From a virus (taxonomy: Duplodnaviria; Caudoviricetes), in the IMG/VR virus record IMGVR_UViG_3300014664_000015, positions 11,996-75,995 of that record: a stretch of DNA of 64,000 bases; one strand, written 5' to 3'. A program made the position numbers and the translations under genes. The notes beneath the pieces are model-generated. The model saw only the letters and a program-made list of their open reading frames with translations. It was not told the DNA's origin and searched no databases. Shown piece by piece: positions 54,110 through 62,990 of this stretch. How positions within the stretch are numbered: the first letter of the stretch is position 1; each line of letters starts with the position of its first letter.

Positions 54110-54765
54110 GCGGCGCGCTCCTGTTGTTTTTTCATGGGAACGGCAACTGCCGGTATAAGCTCAACGGCTGGTGATTCAGATTGATTTCCCCAGTGGTCCC
54201 AGCCAGGCGCACCGCAACGGCTGAATAGTTCGATGCGTGGGACGTCACCGTAAAGCTTCTCCAGACGGAAACGCGCCTCTGCTGGCTTCTGGCTGTGCTC
54301 ACCGAGTGGGCTGTAAATAACCTGCTTGATGCTGGCGCACTTGCGTTCAAGTCCATTTCCCCTGGTGGCGATTAGCAGGTCTTCGGTATTAGCTCGGGTG
54401 TAGTTCCCGCCGTTCATGCGTGTCTGTGCGTTCAGCAGGTCGAGGAAGTCATAAAAATCCTCTACACGGCCTGCCTGAAGTGCTTTGTTGATATGCTTCT
54501 CTGCCAGTGGGTTGAACTTTACCCAGGTTAAGCCCTTCATCGTGCGGACCTTAAAGCCCCACGCTTCAGCCAGCTCGATAGCCTCTCGGGTGTGCGTACC
54601 GGTGAACCACATAGCCAGAACTGCATCATCGGCAGCCAGGTCCCAAACCGGCAAGCGCTTCATGTCGATCAGTTTCATCGTGTCGTAGTGATCTTCTGCT
54701 GCACCGTTACTGGCTTTGTTGTCATAAAGCCAGGCTGGGTCAGCGTAAATCAGTGAGTATTTCAT
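54106..54765 (-). CDS. MT-A70 family adenine methyltransferase
   Basis: IYADPAW, HSQKP, RIELFSR. Confidence 0.88.
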   Translation of the reverse strand: MKYSLIYADPAWLYDNKASNGAAEDHYDTMKLIDMKRLPVWDLAADDAVLAMWFTGTHTREAIELAEAWGFKVRTMKGLTWVKFNPLAEKHINKALQAGRVEDFYDFLDLLNAQTRMNGGNYTRANTEDLLIATRGNGLERKCASIKQVIYSPLGEHSQKPAEARFRLEKLYGDVPRIELFSRCGAPGWDHWGNQSESPAVELIPAVAVPMKKQQERAA

Positions 54766-55259
54766 CAGACATTCCTCGCTCGGCCAGCCAGACACCATGC
54801 ATCAGAGGGTGCTTTCACTTTCGGCGCCATGCTCAGGCAACGCTGACGCTCAATCAGTATCTTCATCCGCTGCTCTTCGTTCTTAGAGCGATTGAAGGCA
54901 TCCATCAGTACTGTGGCCGCACGCTGGTAGAGCCCTTTTTCAAACAGGCCTTGAGCCTTATCCATCATTGTGGTCACAGCCGGATTCAAAGCTTCTTCCT
55001 GTTCTGGTACAGCTGGTTTATCAGCCCGGTTGATTTTCAGTGCAGAACGCCCCTCGCCAACCTCGCCACCCGGTGCTTTGGCAAAATACTGGTAGCACTT
55101 GCCGTTATGCTGGCGGGTTGCGCGATTCAGTTTTACCAGATGGCATACACCGCGCTGAACAGCATGAACGTCGTACTGTGGCATTGATGCCGCAATCTCT
55201 TTGTTCGTTAAGCCAGGATTAGCGGCGATGAAAATTTGAATATCTTTCAGAAGACTCAT
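54765..55259 (-). CDS. PerC-family protein
   Basis: AQGLFEKGLYQRAA...R..C C-terminus; N-terminal wHTH. Confidence 0.75.
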   Translation of the reverse strand: MSLLKDIQIFIAANPGLTNKEIAASMPQYDVHAVQRGVCHLVKLNRATRQHNGKCYQYFAKAPGGEVGEGRSALKINRADKPAVPEQEEALNPAVTTMMDKAQGLFEKGLYQRAATVLMDAFNRSKNEEQRMKILIERQRCLSMAPKVKAPSDAWCLAGRARNV

Positions 55260-56182
55260 GAGTTCGCTCCTCTGAAGCCCGCCGGGACTTTGCTGTAGTC
55301 GGTGTTCTTGAAGCTGGATTTGAAGATTCCATCCTCACGCTCCCACTTGCCGTTAACTCGCGCTGGCCTTCCGGCATTCGCCCAGCTGTTCGCTGATTTC
55401 AGGTAGCCTGGAAACTTGGTTGGCTGGAAAAGCGTTTGTGGGCGCAGGTAGGCCGCCATTGTTAAATCGTCGCTCCACTTGGCGTTGCAGTAGTCCACCA
55501 CCAGCGACAGCTCTTCAACGGTGAAGCCCTCCCCGATTCGGGCGCGAATGTTTTGCAGCGAGGTTGTTGAAACCTGATAACGCGAACTGGTCACCTGGTT
55601 CAGATGGGTTAAAACCTGTTTAGCCTGATCGGTGATCAACACATCACCGTCTGGTTGCGGCGCAACCGGACAAATAGGGTTTTTAATATCTGTAGTATTC
55701 TCTGTTGTATTCTCTGTAAGAACATCAGTGCAATTTGACCTGATGAGAGCGGTTCGTTTTGACCCTATGGAACGTTCCACTTTGACCTCTTCCATCGGTT
55801 CATTTTGACCTGATGGAAGAGTGCATTTTGAACTCTTCGATTTGGTCACTTTGACCTCATCTAAAAGCTCACTTTCGTAGTTGATCGTGTAATAGTTCGT
55901 CATGTCGCGCTGAGACTTGTTCAGCTGCTCAACTTTGAGTACGCCAAGGTTTTTCAGGCGGGTGAATGTGCGCTTCAGAGTGGATTCAGACCAGAACGGG
56001 AACTGCTCCAGCCACTGCTCATTGGTGTTGTAAATCCAGCGCACGCCGTCACGCTCCAGTCCGGAGGTGGTTTCTTTCAGCCAGTAATTAACCTGCTGCA
56101 ACGCAATGGCCTCGTTCAGCCCAATGCTGTACGCAAGGTCAGGGTTAATCACTATCGGGCGGGATGGCATTAACAGGCTCAT
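55256..56182 (-). CDS. Replication initiator with conserved phage C-terminal domain
   Basis: YLRPQTLF motif; internal iterons. Confidence 0.88.
   Translation of the reverse strand: MSLLMPSRPIVINPDLAYSIGLNEAIALQQVNYWLKETTSGLERDGVRWIYNTNEQWLEQFPFWSESTLKRTFTRLKNLGVLKVEQLNKSQRDMTNYYTINYESELLDEVKVTKSKSSKCTLPSGQNEPMEEVKVERSIGSKRTALIRSNCTDVLTENTTENTTDIKNPICPVAPQPDGDVLITDQAKQVLTHLNQVTSSRYQVSTTSLQNIRARIGEGFTVEELSLVVDYCNAKWSDDLTMAAYLRPQTLFQPTKFPGYLKSANSWANAGRPARVNGKWEREDGIFKSSFKNTDYSKVPAGFRGANS
55734..55860. repeat. Origin iterons, prophage 2
   Basis: Six TTTGA(C/A)C-cored repeats inside initiator gene. Confidence 0.7.
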
Positions 56183-56351
56183 GGTCGTCCTTTAACTCTG
56201 TAAATTTACGCTGGAATTGCTCAAGAGGGCTGAAGCACTCATGATCGTACCCTTCGCGGAGGTATATAACGCGTCTGGTCTCGGGCTCCCATCTGATGAC
56301 GCGCACCGGGACGCCATAGTGATCTCTGAAACGCCGGTTAAGTTCTCGCAT
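56145..56351 (-). CDS. DUF4222-like protein
   Basis: FRDHYGVPVRVIRWEP...VIYLREGY. Confidence 0.75.
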   Translation of the reverse strand: MRELNRRFRDHYGVPVRVIRWEPETRRVIYLREGYDHECFSPLEQFQRKFTELKDDHEPVNAIPPDSD

Positions 56352-56518
56352 AGCGCTCTCCCCTTCCGACGCCAGACACCCACAATCGCCATAGCCCTGC
56401 TGTGGTTACATGGAACCCAGCGGCCTGATACCATCCGCTCATACCGAAACGACGAGGTTCCAACAACGGGAATACCACGGAGTTGCGGGAGACGGTTGTT
56501 TACCGTTACACTGTTCAT
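56192..56518 (-). CDS. Small hypothetical protein
   Basis: Start coupled to YmfL stop; C-terminal half overlaps DUF4222 gene. Confidence 0.45.
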   Translation of the reverse strand: MNSVTVNNRLPQLRGIPVVGTSSFRYERMVSGRWVPCNHSRAMAIVGVWRRKGRALCENLTGVSEITMASRCASSDGSPRPDALYTSAKGTIMSASALLSNSSVNLQS

Positions 56519-57069
56519 GCGTTAGTTTCTCCACTGATACGACACGCCAAGGGGCCCGGAGCTGCACACTCGCGGGCCTCACCCATTTCTGGGAGGCAAT
56601 AAACACGGGAAATAAGGTTCAGGAACGTCATGAGAGTTACCCTGAACTGATATGCAATATCGTTAAGACTTTGCCACTCGCTCCGGTCAACTACGCCATC
56701 TTCAATGTAATGACGGTAAGCATTGACCAGCTCACCAAGTCTCCCCACCAGCTCGGCCAGTTTCAGGCCAATCTCTTCGTTTTCATCATCAGGCACGGCG
56801 CCGGGAACGTGAATTCCGTTATCAGTTTCACGAGAGAACGCGTCAGCGATGTAACTTACGCCAGCAGCTCTCTGAAGCACCATTGCCCAGCCCATTGGAA
56901 AGATCTGGTCGCCACCAGCACGAAGGCGGTTAAAGAGTGAATTCTGGGTTTCGTCCAGAATCTCCGCCGCTTCAGCGTATCCGCCTGGCAAAGCGGCAAT
57001 CGTCTTCCTGATTGCGCTCACCAGCCAGGCGGGCTGCTTCTCAACTTTCCATTCAGGTTCTATACCCAC
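56515..57069 (-). CDS. YmfL-family (CII-position) regulator
   Basis: PAWLVSAIRKTIAALPGGYAEAA. Confidence 0.8.
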   Translation of the reverse strand: MGIEPEWKVEKQPAWLVSAIRKTIAALPGGYAEAAEILDETQNSLFNRLRAGGDQIFPMGWAMVLQRAAGVSYIADAFSRETDNGIHVPGAVPDDENEEIGLKLAELVGRLGELVNAYRHYIEDGVVDRSEWQSLNDIAYQFRVTLMTFLNLISRVYCLPEMGEARECAAPGPLACRISGETNA

Positions 57070-57091
57070 GGTTAACCCCTTATCTCTGTGG

Positions 57092-57295
57092 TTACTGCTT
57101 GACTTTAGAATTGTTAATCTTGCTGTAGAGAGAAGCGTCGTATTTCAATTTCCCGTTCGTAATTCTTTCAATGTAAAGGGCCTGTTTTTCTGGGATTACT
57201 TCCCCCCATTGACATACGGCACTGTGAGTTACCCCTAAGGCAACTGCGGTTTTAGAAATGCCGCCGTAGTAATCGACGACTGTCCCTTTATGCAT
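57092..57295 (-). CDS. Cro-like protein
   Basis: YYGGISKTAVALGVTHSAVCQWGEVIP. Confidence 0.88.
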   Translation of the reverse strand: MHKGTVVDYYGGISKTAVALGVTHSAVCQWGEVIPEKQALYIERITNGKLKYDASLYSKINNSKVKQ

Positions 57296-57312
57296 GGTTT
57301 GAATCCTCATTA

Positions 57313-57375
57313 GTTAGCATTCTTACATCGTATATGGACAGCATACTTACGTCAATAAAATGTAAGATTGCTAAC
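57313..57375. promoter_or_regulatory. OR operators and pR of prophage 2
   Basis: Three GTAAG-N4-CTTAC-like sites (57313, 57337, 57362); minus-strand TTGACG-17-TACGAT. Confidence 0.78.
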
Positions 57376-57395
57376 GTGCATTCCGAGGAGATTTT

Positions 57396-58028
57396 ATGGA
57401 TACCGTTGGCAGCAGACTGAGATTTAGAAGAAAGCAGAAAAAACTTACCCAGCGCGATGTGGCTGAGTGGGCAGGAGTAAGCGCGTCTGCTGTGACCCAG
57501 TGGGAGAGTGATTTAACGAAACTTTCTGGTGAGAACTTGATATTGGTGTGTAAATGCCTTCAGTGTTCGCCAGAGTGGTTGGTTTTTGGTTCAGGCGATA
57601 TCGAAAATGGCATTAACATCAACTTTATGTCTGCCAGAGAGGTTCCACTCATATCATGGGTGCAAGCTGGTAATTGGACGGAAGTAATTGGAAATCCTAA
57701 TAATGAACAAGTGAAAACCACTCGAAAACTTTCTGATTCTGCCTTTGCTTTGAGGGTTAAGGGAGATTCGATGACTTCTAGCCAGGAGTTGAGTATTCCT
57801 GAGGGTTCTATTGTTATTGTTGAACCAGAGTTCGGCTTCGTGGATGAGGCAAACGGTAAAATTGTCGTTGCTCAAACGGTATCTGGTGGTGAGGCAACTT
57901 TAAAAAAGCTGGCGATAGATCCACCGTTCTCGTACCTAATCCCACTGAATCCTGCGTTTAAACCCATTGAGGTTAATCAGGAGACCAATCTAATTGGGAT
58001 AGTTAAACAAATTATCATCGACCTTTAG
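57396..58028 (+). CDS. CI repressor, XRE HTH plus S24 peptidase
   Basis: VQAG cleavage site, GDSM Ser, TLKKL Lys. Confidence 0.93.
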   Translation: MDTVGSRLRFRRKQKKLTQRDVAEWAGVSASAVTQWESDLTKLSGENLILVCKCLQCSPEWLVFGSGDIENGININFMSAREVPLISWVQAGNWTEVIGNPNNEQVKTTRKLSDSAFALRVKGDSMTSSQELSIPEGSIVIVEPEFGFVDEANGKIVVAQTVSGGEATLKKLAIDPPFSYLIPLNPAFKPIEVNQETNLIGIVKQIIIDL

Positions 58029-58089
58029 CGCCTCTGGTTTCTTACAAGCCCGCTGATCATGCGGGCTTTTTCATTCCTGTAAAAATATA

Positions 58090-58140
58090 GTAAGCAAACT
58101 TACAAAATAGACTTGACTGAAAATGTAAGATGTCTAATAT
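58090..58140 (+). promoter_or_regulatory. OL operators and pL of prophage 2
   Basis: GTAAGcaaaCTTAC 58090, GTAAGatgtCTAAT 58125; TTGACT-16-TAATAT. Confidence 0.72.
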
Positions 58141-58176
58141 TACATCCATCAGCAGCGAACATTGTGGGTAGCAAGT

Positions 58177-58557
58177 ATGAGCACAAGCGCAAACAGAAAG
58201 ACGATTAAGTTGCCAGCCGGCGAGACCTTTGCGCCTATTAGCAATAAGTGTAAGAGCTGTGGCTATGTCGAATTGACGCTGCATGTAGATTGCAGCGCCT
58301 TGAAAGCTCAAACGCAGGTTGTTGAGGCGGTCAGCAAGCGTTACTTGCCATTAATCGAAAAGGTTCCTGGTGAGATTGTCGAAGTAATCATTGGCAAGCT
58401 GATCATCGAACTGAGAGCTCTCGCCTTCAGTTACAACGTGACCACAATTTCCACAGACAGCTCCCGCAAAACTGTCAGAACCTTCAGGTATCGCGGTGCT
58501 ATCGAAGAGTTCGCCACTGCATTCTGGGCAAGAGAACTTAACTTCGTCCATTTGTAA
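58177..58557 (+). CDS. First pL ORF, hypothetical
   Basis: MSTSANRKTIKLPAG...; 3' half overlaps an antisense gene. Confidence 0.5.
   Translation: MSTSANRKTIKLPAGETFAPISNKCKSCGYVELTLHVDCSALKAQTQVVEAVSKRYLPLIEKVPGEIVEVIIGKLIIELRALAFSYNVTTISTDSSRKTVRTFRYRGAIEEFATAFWARELNFVHL
58351..58551 (-). CDS. Acidic zinc-binding protein (ECs_2282-like)
   Basis: CPEC...CGNC; AAGGA SD. Confidence 0.75.
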   Translation of the reverse strand: MDEVKFSCPECSGELFDSTAIPEGSDSFAGAVCGNCGHVVTEGESSQFDDQLANDYFDNLTRNLFD

Positions 58558-58634
58558 TATCCTTCTTGGTTGTGTGAGAACTCCAAGAATACCACCGAGC
58601 CTGATGTGGTGAAAAGACAGGCAAAGTTTTGATT

Positions 58635-58694
58635 GCTGTGTGTAGTATTGGCGGTCGGCAGTTTTGAATGTCCTTAATGTCGACCGCCCCTTTT
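58635..58694 (+). ncRNA. DicF-like sRNA
   Basis: TTGGCGGT...CAGTTTT...CCGCCCCTTTT resembles DicF blocks; ends in hairpin plus T run. Confidence 0.5.
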
Positions 58695-58935
58695 CACAAC
58701 TGAAAGCGCGTTCAATCGGTTCCTTGAGAGGCCTCGGTCGTTAAATCAACTCAGGAGAACGCGCTCCCAATTGTGGAGAAGCTGACTGGCGGTGGCAGCC
58801 GCCCGTTTCACTAAGTGCCCTGGTTGGGTGCTTACTAAAACGAATCCCCTTTATTTTTTGTCGCCAACCGGCGAGGGATTCGTGCAACCAAAATTCAGCG
58901 CTGTGCAGAGCGCGTATAACACGGAGAAACTATCC

Positions 58936-59295
58936 ATGACGAACACACAGAACGTCACCGAGTTACAACCACGCATGACCCGGGAGCAGCTGATCGACGC
59001 AGCGCGTAAGGCTTCCCCTCTTCTTCCGCCAGCTTATCGCGGAATTATGACCGAACTGGCTAACCGCCTGGACTATACCAGCGTCGCGCTTTGTGAAGCG
59101 ATGGCTCAGCGTAAGGAATTGGCTGTTCAGAACGCAACTCTGCGTGAAGATGTCGCAAGCTGGGCCAAAGAGTGTGACCGCATTGTTGAACGTCTCACGA
59201 AGACCAGAACCAATATGCATTTACTGGAAGCCCAGCGAGAATTGCGTGAGCTGTCACCCATCGTCATTTCCCAAAATAACGAGGTGGCTCTCTGA
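58936..59295 (+). CDS. Early-left coiled-coil protein
   Basis: MTNTQNVTELQPRMTREQLID..., GGAG SD. Confidence 0.75.
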   Translation: MTNTQNVTELQPRMTREQLIDAARKASPLLPPAYRGIMTELANRLDYTSVALCEAMAQRKELAVQNATLREDVASWAKECDRIVERLTKTRTNMHLLEAQRELRELSPIVISQNNEVAL

Positions 59296-60122
59296 TGGCT
59301 AACTCATTCAAGCAAATGACCCGTGACGGGACCATCAAGCGCACCGATACCGGGATGTTCATCAGCCTCGACCAAATCCATGTGCGGGAAGGTTTCAACA
59401 AACGCGAAGATGATGAACGTACCCGCCAGGCAGATGATGACCTTTTCAACTATCTGATGAATGGTGGCTCTGTTCCCCCGCTGGAGGTTATCGCCCGTGA
59501 TGAAGGTGGAGTGTGGGTTGTTGAGGGCCACCGTCGGCGTCGCTGCTATGCGCGCTGTGCAGAAGCTGGTAAGCCAGTAGACCGCATCCATATCATGCCG
59601 TTCAACGGTAACGATGTTCAGCGCCTGGCGCGCATCATGACCAGTAACAACCAGCTCCCGCTATCTGATATGGAACAGGCAGCTGTTATTCAGGAGCTTC
59701 ATAACGCCTTCAACCAGACCACCAGCGAGATAGCAAAGCTGGTTAATAAGTCTGTCCCTACTGTCGAAAAGCTTCTGCTTCTTAGCACAGCCAATCACGA
59801 CGTTCAGAAAGAAGTTAAGTCCGGGACCGTGTCTGTAGATGTGGCCGTTGACCGAGTAAAAGAGTTTGGCGAAAAGGCCGGTGAGGTTCTTCAGAAGGAT
59901 AAAGCTTCTGCTGCCGCCAGGGGGAAAAAGAAAGTCACCCGCAGCGTTATAGCGCCGGAGATTAGCGTTAAGAAAGCGCGCCGCCTTGTTGAGTTGATAA
60001 GCCTGGCCGGGATAAGTGACACGGGCATCATCTCTCTCGAAGGGTTGGCGCATGCAGAAGCCATGGAAATTATCGACGAGCATAAAGCCATAGCTTCACA
60101 ACGTTCAGGAGCACCAGCATGA
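59295..60122 (+). CDS. ParB/Srx N-terminal domain protein with HTH
   Basis: VVEGHRRRR arginine patch. Confidence 0.8.
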   Translation: MANSFKQMTRDGTIKRTDTGMFISLDQIHVREGFNKREDDERTRQADDDLFNYLMNGGSVPPLEVIARDEGGVWVVEGHRRRRCYARCAEAGKPVDRIHIMPFNGNDVQRLARIMTSNNQLPLSDMEQAAVIQELHNAFNQTTSEIAKLVNKSVPTVEKLLLLSTANHDVQKEVKSGTVSVDVAVDRVKEFGEKAGEVLQKDKASAAARGKKKVTRSVIAPEISVKKARRLVELISLAGISDTGIISLEGLAHAEAMEIIDEHKAIASQRSGAPA

Positions 60123-60451
60123 AACTGAATTATGAAGAACTTGAAGCTAGATGCGCGGCGCTGGCTGCGGAGAATGCGGGCGCTCGCAATGCGGTGCAGG
60201 TATTTTGCGATGTAGTTGGTGCAAATACAGACGCTATCTGCGAAGAGGTCGGGCAGGACGGTGTGAGGGCCATCCTTGCAGCAATGAGCGCAACGGGGAA
60301 CATGCCAGCGACCGACGCTTTCCTGGCTGAAGTGCGGGCGCAGGGTGTGGATGCGTTAGCGAAGACCTTAGAAGGGCTGGTTGCCGTATCTGTGACGCGC
60401 TCTTACATCACTGAGTTCGCCGCCCAGCTTCGCAAAGGAGTGCAGTCATGA
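60119..60451 (+). CDS. Hypothetical early protein
   Basis: PATDAFLAEVRAQGV motif. Confidence 0.75.
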   Translation: MKLNYEELEARCAALAAENAGARNAVQVFCDVVGANTDAICEEVGQDGVRAILAAMSATGNMPATDAFLAEVRAQGVDALAKTLEGLVAVSVTRSYITEFAAQLRKGVQS

Positions 60452-60945
60452 GCAACATCGACAAACGCGCATTACGCGTATTAGCCACGGCTTTAGATGG
60501 TGATGACTGGCACGCTGAAGGGAATAGTGTTTATGGCGGTCGTTACGATGTAGGTGACAATGTTTGCTATGACCACATCGCGAGCTGCGAATCTGTTAAT
60601 GGGAAAAGCCCTCACGCTGACTTCATCGCCGCAGCAAACCCCGCCACAGTGCTGGCGCTGCTGGATGAGCTGGAAGCCAAAGACAGAAAAATTCTCAAGC
60701 TGGAAAAGCTGGCAGAGGCTGAATCTGTAGGCGCAGATAAAGCTGCGACATCTGGTGTTGAATGGATGAAACGATACCATGCCGCAGAGAAGCGGATTGC
60801 TGAGCTGGAGCGTAAAGAACAGCACAGTGAACGCCAGTCAGTAATTGATGCGCTGGCTGGTTCTGGTGAGGAATGGAGTGATATCGAAGAATACATGCAG
60901 AAGTGGGACGCGGAACGCGCCTCCGCAGCCGGTAAAGGGGAGTGA
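60448..60945 (+). CDS. Ead/Ea22-like protein
   Basis: FIAAANPATVLALLDELE. Confidence 0.85.
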   Translation: MSNIDKRALRVLATALDGDDWHAEGNSVYGGRYDVGDNVCYDHIASCESVNGKSPHADFIAAANPATVLALLDELEAKDRKILKLEKLAEAESVGADKAATSGVEWMKRYHAAEKRIAELERKEQHSERQSVIDALAGSGEEWSDIEEYMQKWDAERASAAGKGE

Positions 60946-61124
60946 GCATGAAATACGAAATCCCGGAATCAGAAGATATTGAATGGCAGCAGGATATGCT
61001 CCGTGAAATAGACAGCGCCCTTGATGTCTTGCGTGATGAATATGAGCACGCAGAGGTAGTGGAGGAAATCATCAATGATATCACCGCGAGAATAGCATCA
61101 CTCCGCGCGTACTCTGGATACTGA
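60942..61124 (+). CDS. Small acidic protein
   Basis: Coupled 60-aa ORF. Confidence 0.65.
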   Translation: MSMKYEIPESEDIEWQQDMLREIDSALDVLRDEYEHAEVVEEIINDITARIASLRAYSGY

Positions 61125-61134
61125 GGACTAACCT

Positions 61135-62055
61135 ATGAGCACTATTACCAGAGAATTCACCAAAGAGCAGTTACAGCAAATTATCGAAACTGACCACGTT
61201 CAATGCGGTGAGGCTTCTTCGCTGGCGCGCATCGCGCTGGCATCACTCGAAGCGGAGCCGGTGTGCGTCATTGACCAGTCCAATCTTGATTATCTCAAAT
61301 CTGGCTCCGATGCAGACGTATGGCCTGCGTCCAGAGCAGAGATGGGTGATGTGCTTCTGTATCGCTCCGCCACGCCAGCGCCGGTATCTGTGCCCGCTGC
61401 GATGGAAATGGATGATGACTTTGACAGCTCGTTTGAACACGGAAAAGCTGTCGGCTGGAACGCCTATCGCGCAGCCATGCTTCAGGGTGCCGATCGACCA
61501 CAAAACGAACCGCAAAATATTCCGGAAAATATTCCAGCCACACAGTTTAAGCCGGTAGCAGACCTGTACGGCTTAACCTCACCAACTGGTGGCGAAACAT
61601 CATTCACTTTCGACGCTGTTGAAGCTCGTGATTTCATTGATGGCGGTTGGTCATGCCAGGAGTACGTGGAGCTTGAACGCTTTCAGGAAGCGATAACCAA
61701 CCATACCGAGGATAAGCTCGCTATGGTTGACCATTCCGGTGACTCCAACAATATGGTTGAACCTGTAACGACGGCTTGCAAGTTGCGCGATGCGGTGGAT
61801 ACCATTCGCAACTCCGGCATAGCAATTGACGGTGAGAAAATCTTTGCAGAGCGTGATGCTCTCAACGCTCCAGACTGCTGGTGCCGAACCTGCCGACCAA
61901 TAACCCTTACTGACATGCGCTTCGTTGTCTGCCCTGAATGCGGCAACAAACGCTGCCCGCACGCCAATGACCACCGGAATGCATGCACCGGAAGCAACGA
62001 GCCAGGTCAGGAAGGCAGTGCATATCCAGCAGCACCGCAGCAGGAGGTGAAGTGA
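61135..62055 (+). CDS. Eaa-like mosaic protein with C-terminal Cys-rich domain
   Basis: LARIALASLEAEPV; GWNAYRAAMLQ; CWCRTC...CPECGNKRC. Confidence 0.75.
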   Translation: MSTITREFTKEQLQQIIETDHVQCGEASSLARIALASLEAEPVCVIDQSNLDYLKSGSDADVWPASRAEMGDVLLYRSATPAPVSVPAAMEMDDDFDSSFEHGKAVGWNAYRAAMLQGADRPQNEPQNIPENIPATQFKPVADLYGLTSPTGGETSFTFDAVEARDFIDGGWSCQEYVELERFQEAITNHTEDKLAMVDHSGDSNNMVEPVTTACKLRDAVDTIRNSGIAIDGEKIFAERDALNAPDCWCRTCRPITLTDMRFVVCPECGNKRCPHANDHRNACTGSNEPGQEGSAYPAAPQQEVK

Positions 62056-62393
62056 TGGCCGACACTTTCAGGGCAATGATTCAGCGCATCGAGGATGCGA
62101 AAGGAAAAACCGTTACCACTGAGGTGGAGCTTGTCTCTTACGTCAAAGAGCGTAGCACTGGAAACTCTGAGGCTCGTTATTACGTAAAGCACAGCAACCA
62201 GCAGACGGTGCTTGAGCAGGGAATGGTGATAAACAGGGATGGTTTTGGTAATCATCAAGCCAGCATCATCATCACTGATTTCCCCGGGCAGAAAACTCCG
62301 GAAGAAGCAGCGCTAAAACTAGCTGATTGGCTTAAGCGCCTTGGCGAGTCCATTGAGGCTAATTTCAAAAAGCCAGAGGTGGATGATGCCTAA
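62055..62393 (+). CDS. Hypothetical protein
   Basis: Coupled ORF, GGAGG SD. Confidence 0.7.
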   Translation: MADTFRAMIQRIEDAKGKTVTTEVELVSYVKERSTGNSEARYYVKHSNQQTVLEQGMVINRDGFGNHQASIIITDFPGQKTPEEAALKLADWLKRLGESIEANFKKPEVDDA

Positions 62394-62466
62394 CCCATTC
62401 GACGCAGTAATGTTCGTGCTGCTGGTCATCGGCGCACTTCAGGGTATGGGGTGGCTGCCATGGTGA
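62386..62466 (+). CDS. 26-aa hydrophobic peptide
   Basis: MPNPFDAVMFVLLVIGALQGMGWLPW; GAGG SD. Confidence 0.5.
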   Translation: MPNPFDAVMFVLLVIGALQGMGWLPW

Positions 62467-62729
62467 GCAAACTCAAACAGCGGCGCCTGCGCCGCCTTAA
62501 AGCCGACGTGGCCTGGTGGCGCGAAGAGGCGGAGTATTGCCGCTCCCGCCTGCTGGAGCTGGCTGGAGAAGTCGACAGGCTCAAAAAGCTAGTCATCCGC
62601 GTGCCGATGCCGGTTCTCATGCCGAAGGAGATGGTCCATCAGATCTATTACACCGAAACAAAAAGATGTCGTACCTGCAATGATGGGCTCCGTGGTGGTT
62701 GCTCATCTTGCATTTTCTATATGAGATAG
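62463..62729 (+). CDS. Eac-like small protein with C-terminal CxxC pairs
   Basis: KLKQRRLRRLKADVAWW. Confidence 0.7.
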   Translation: MSKLKQRRLRRLKADVAWWREEAEYCRSRLLELAGEVDRLKKLVIRVPMPVLMPKEMVHQIYYTETKRCRTCNDGLRGGCSSCIFYMR

Positions 62730-62762
62730 CCGGGTGCAGCCGGTTAAGTGGAGAGCTATACG

Positions 62763-62990
62763 ATGAGCGGACAAAGCCAACGTTTTCTTACCCCTGATGA
62801 CCTCTATCAGCTTACTGGTTATCGTCGCCCTTCCCTTCAGTGCCGAGCGCTGAAAGAAAGCGGTGTATTTTTCGTGCCCCGAAAAGACGGCAGGCCAGGA
62901 ACTACATGGGATCATGTAACTAATCCTGCAGGCCTAAAGCTGGTAGTGAACAATCCAGAGGAAGAAGAACCAAACTTTAAGGACATGTAA
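62763..62990 (+). CDS. Excisionase-like DUF4224 protein
   Basis: FLTPDDLYQLTGYRRPSLQCRAL. Confidence 0.85.
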   Translation: MSGQSQRFLTPDDLYQLTGYRRPSLQCRALKESGVFFVPRKDGRPGTTWDHVTNPAGLKLVVNNPEEEEPNFKDM

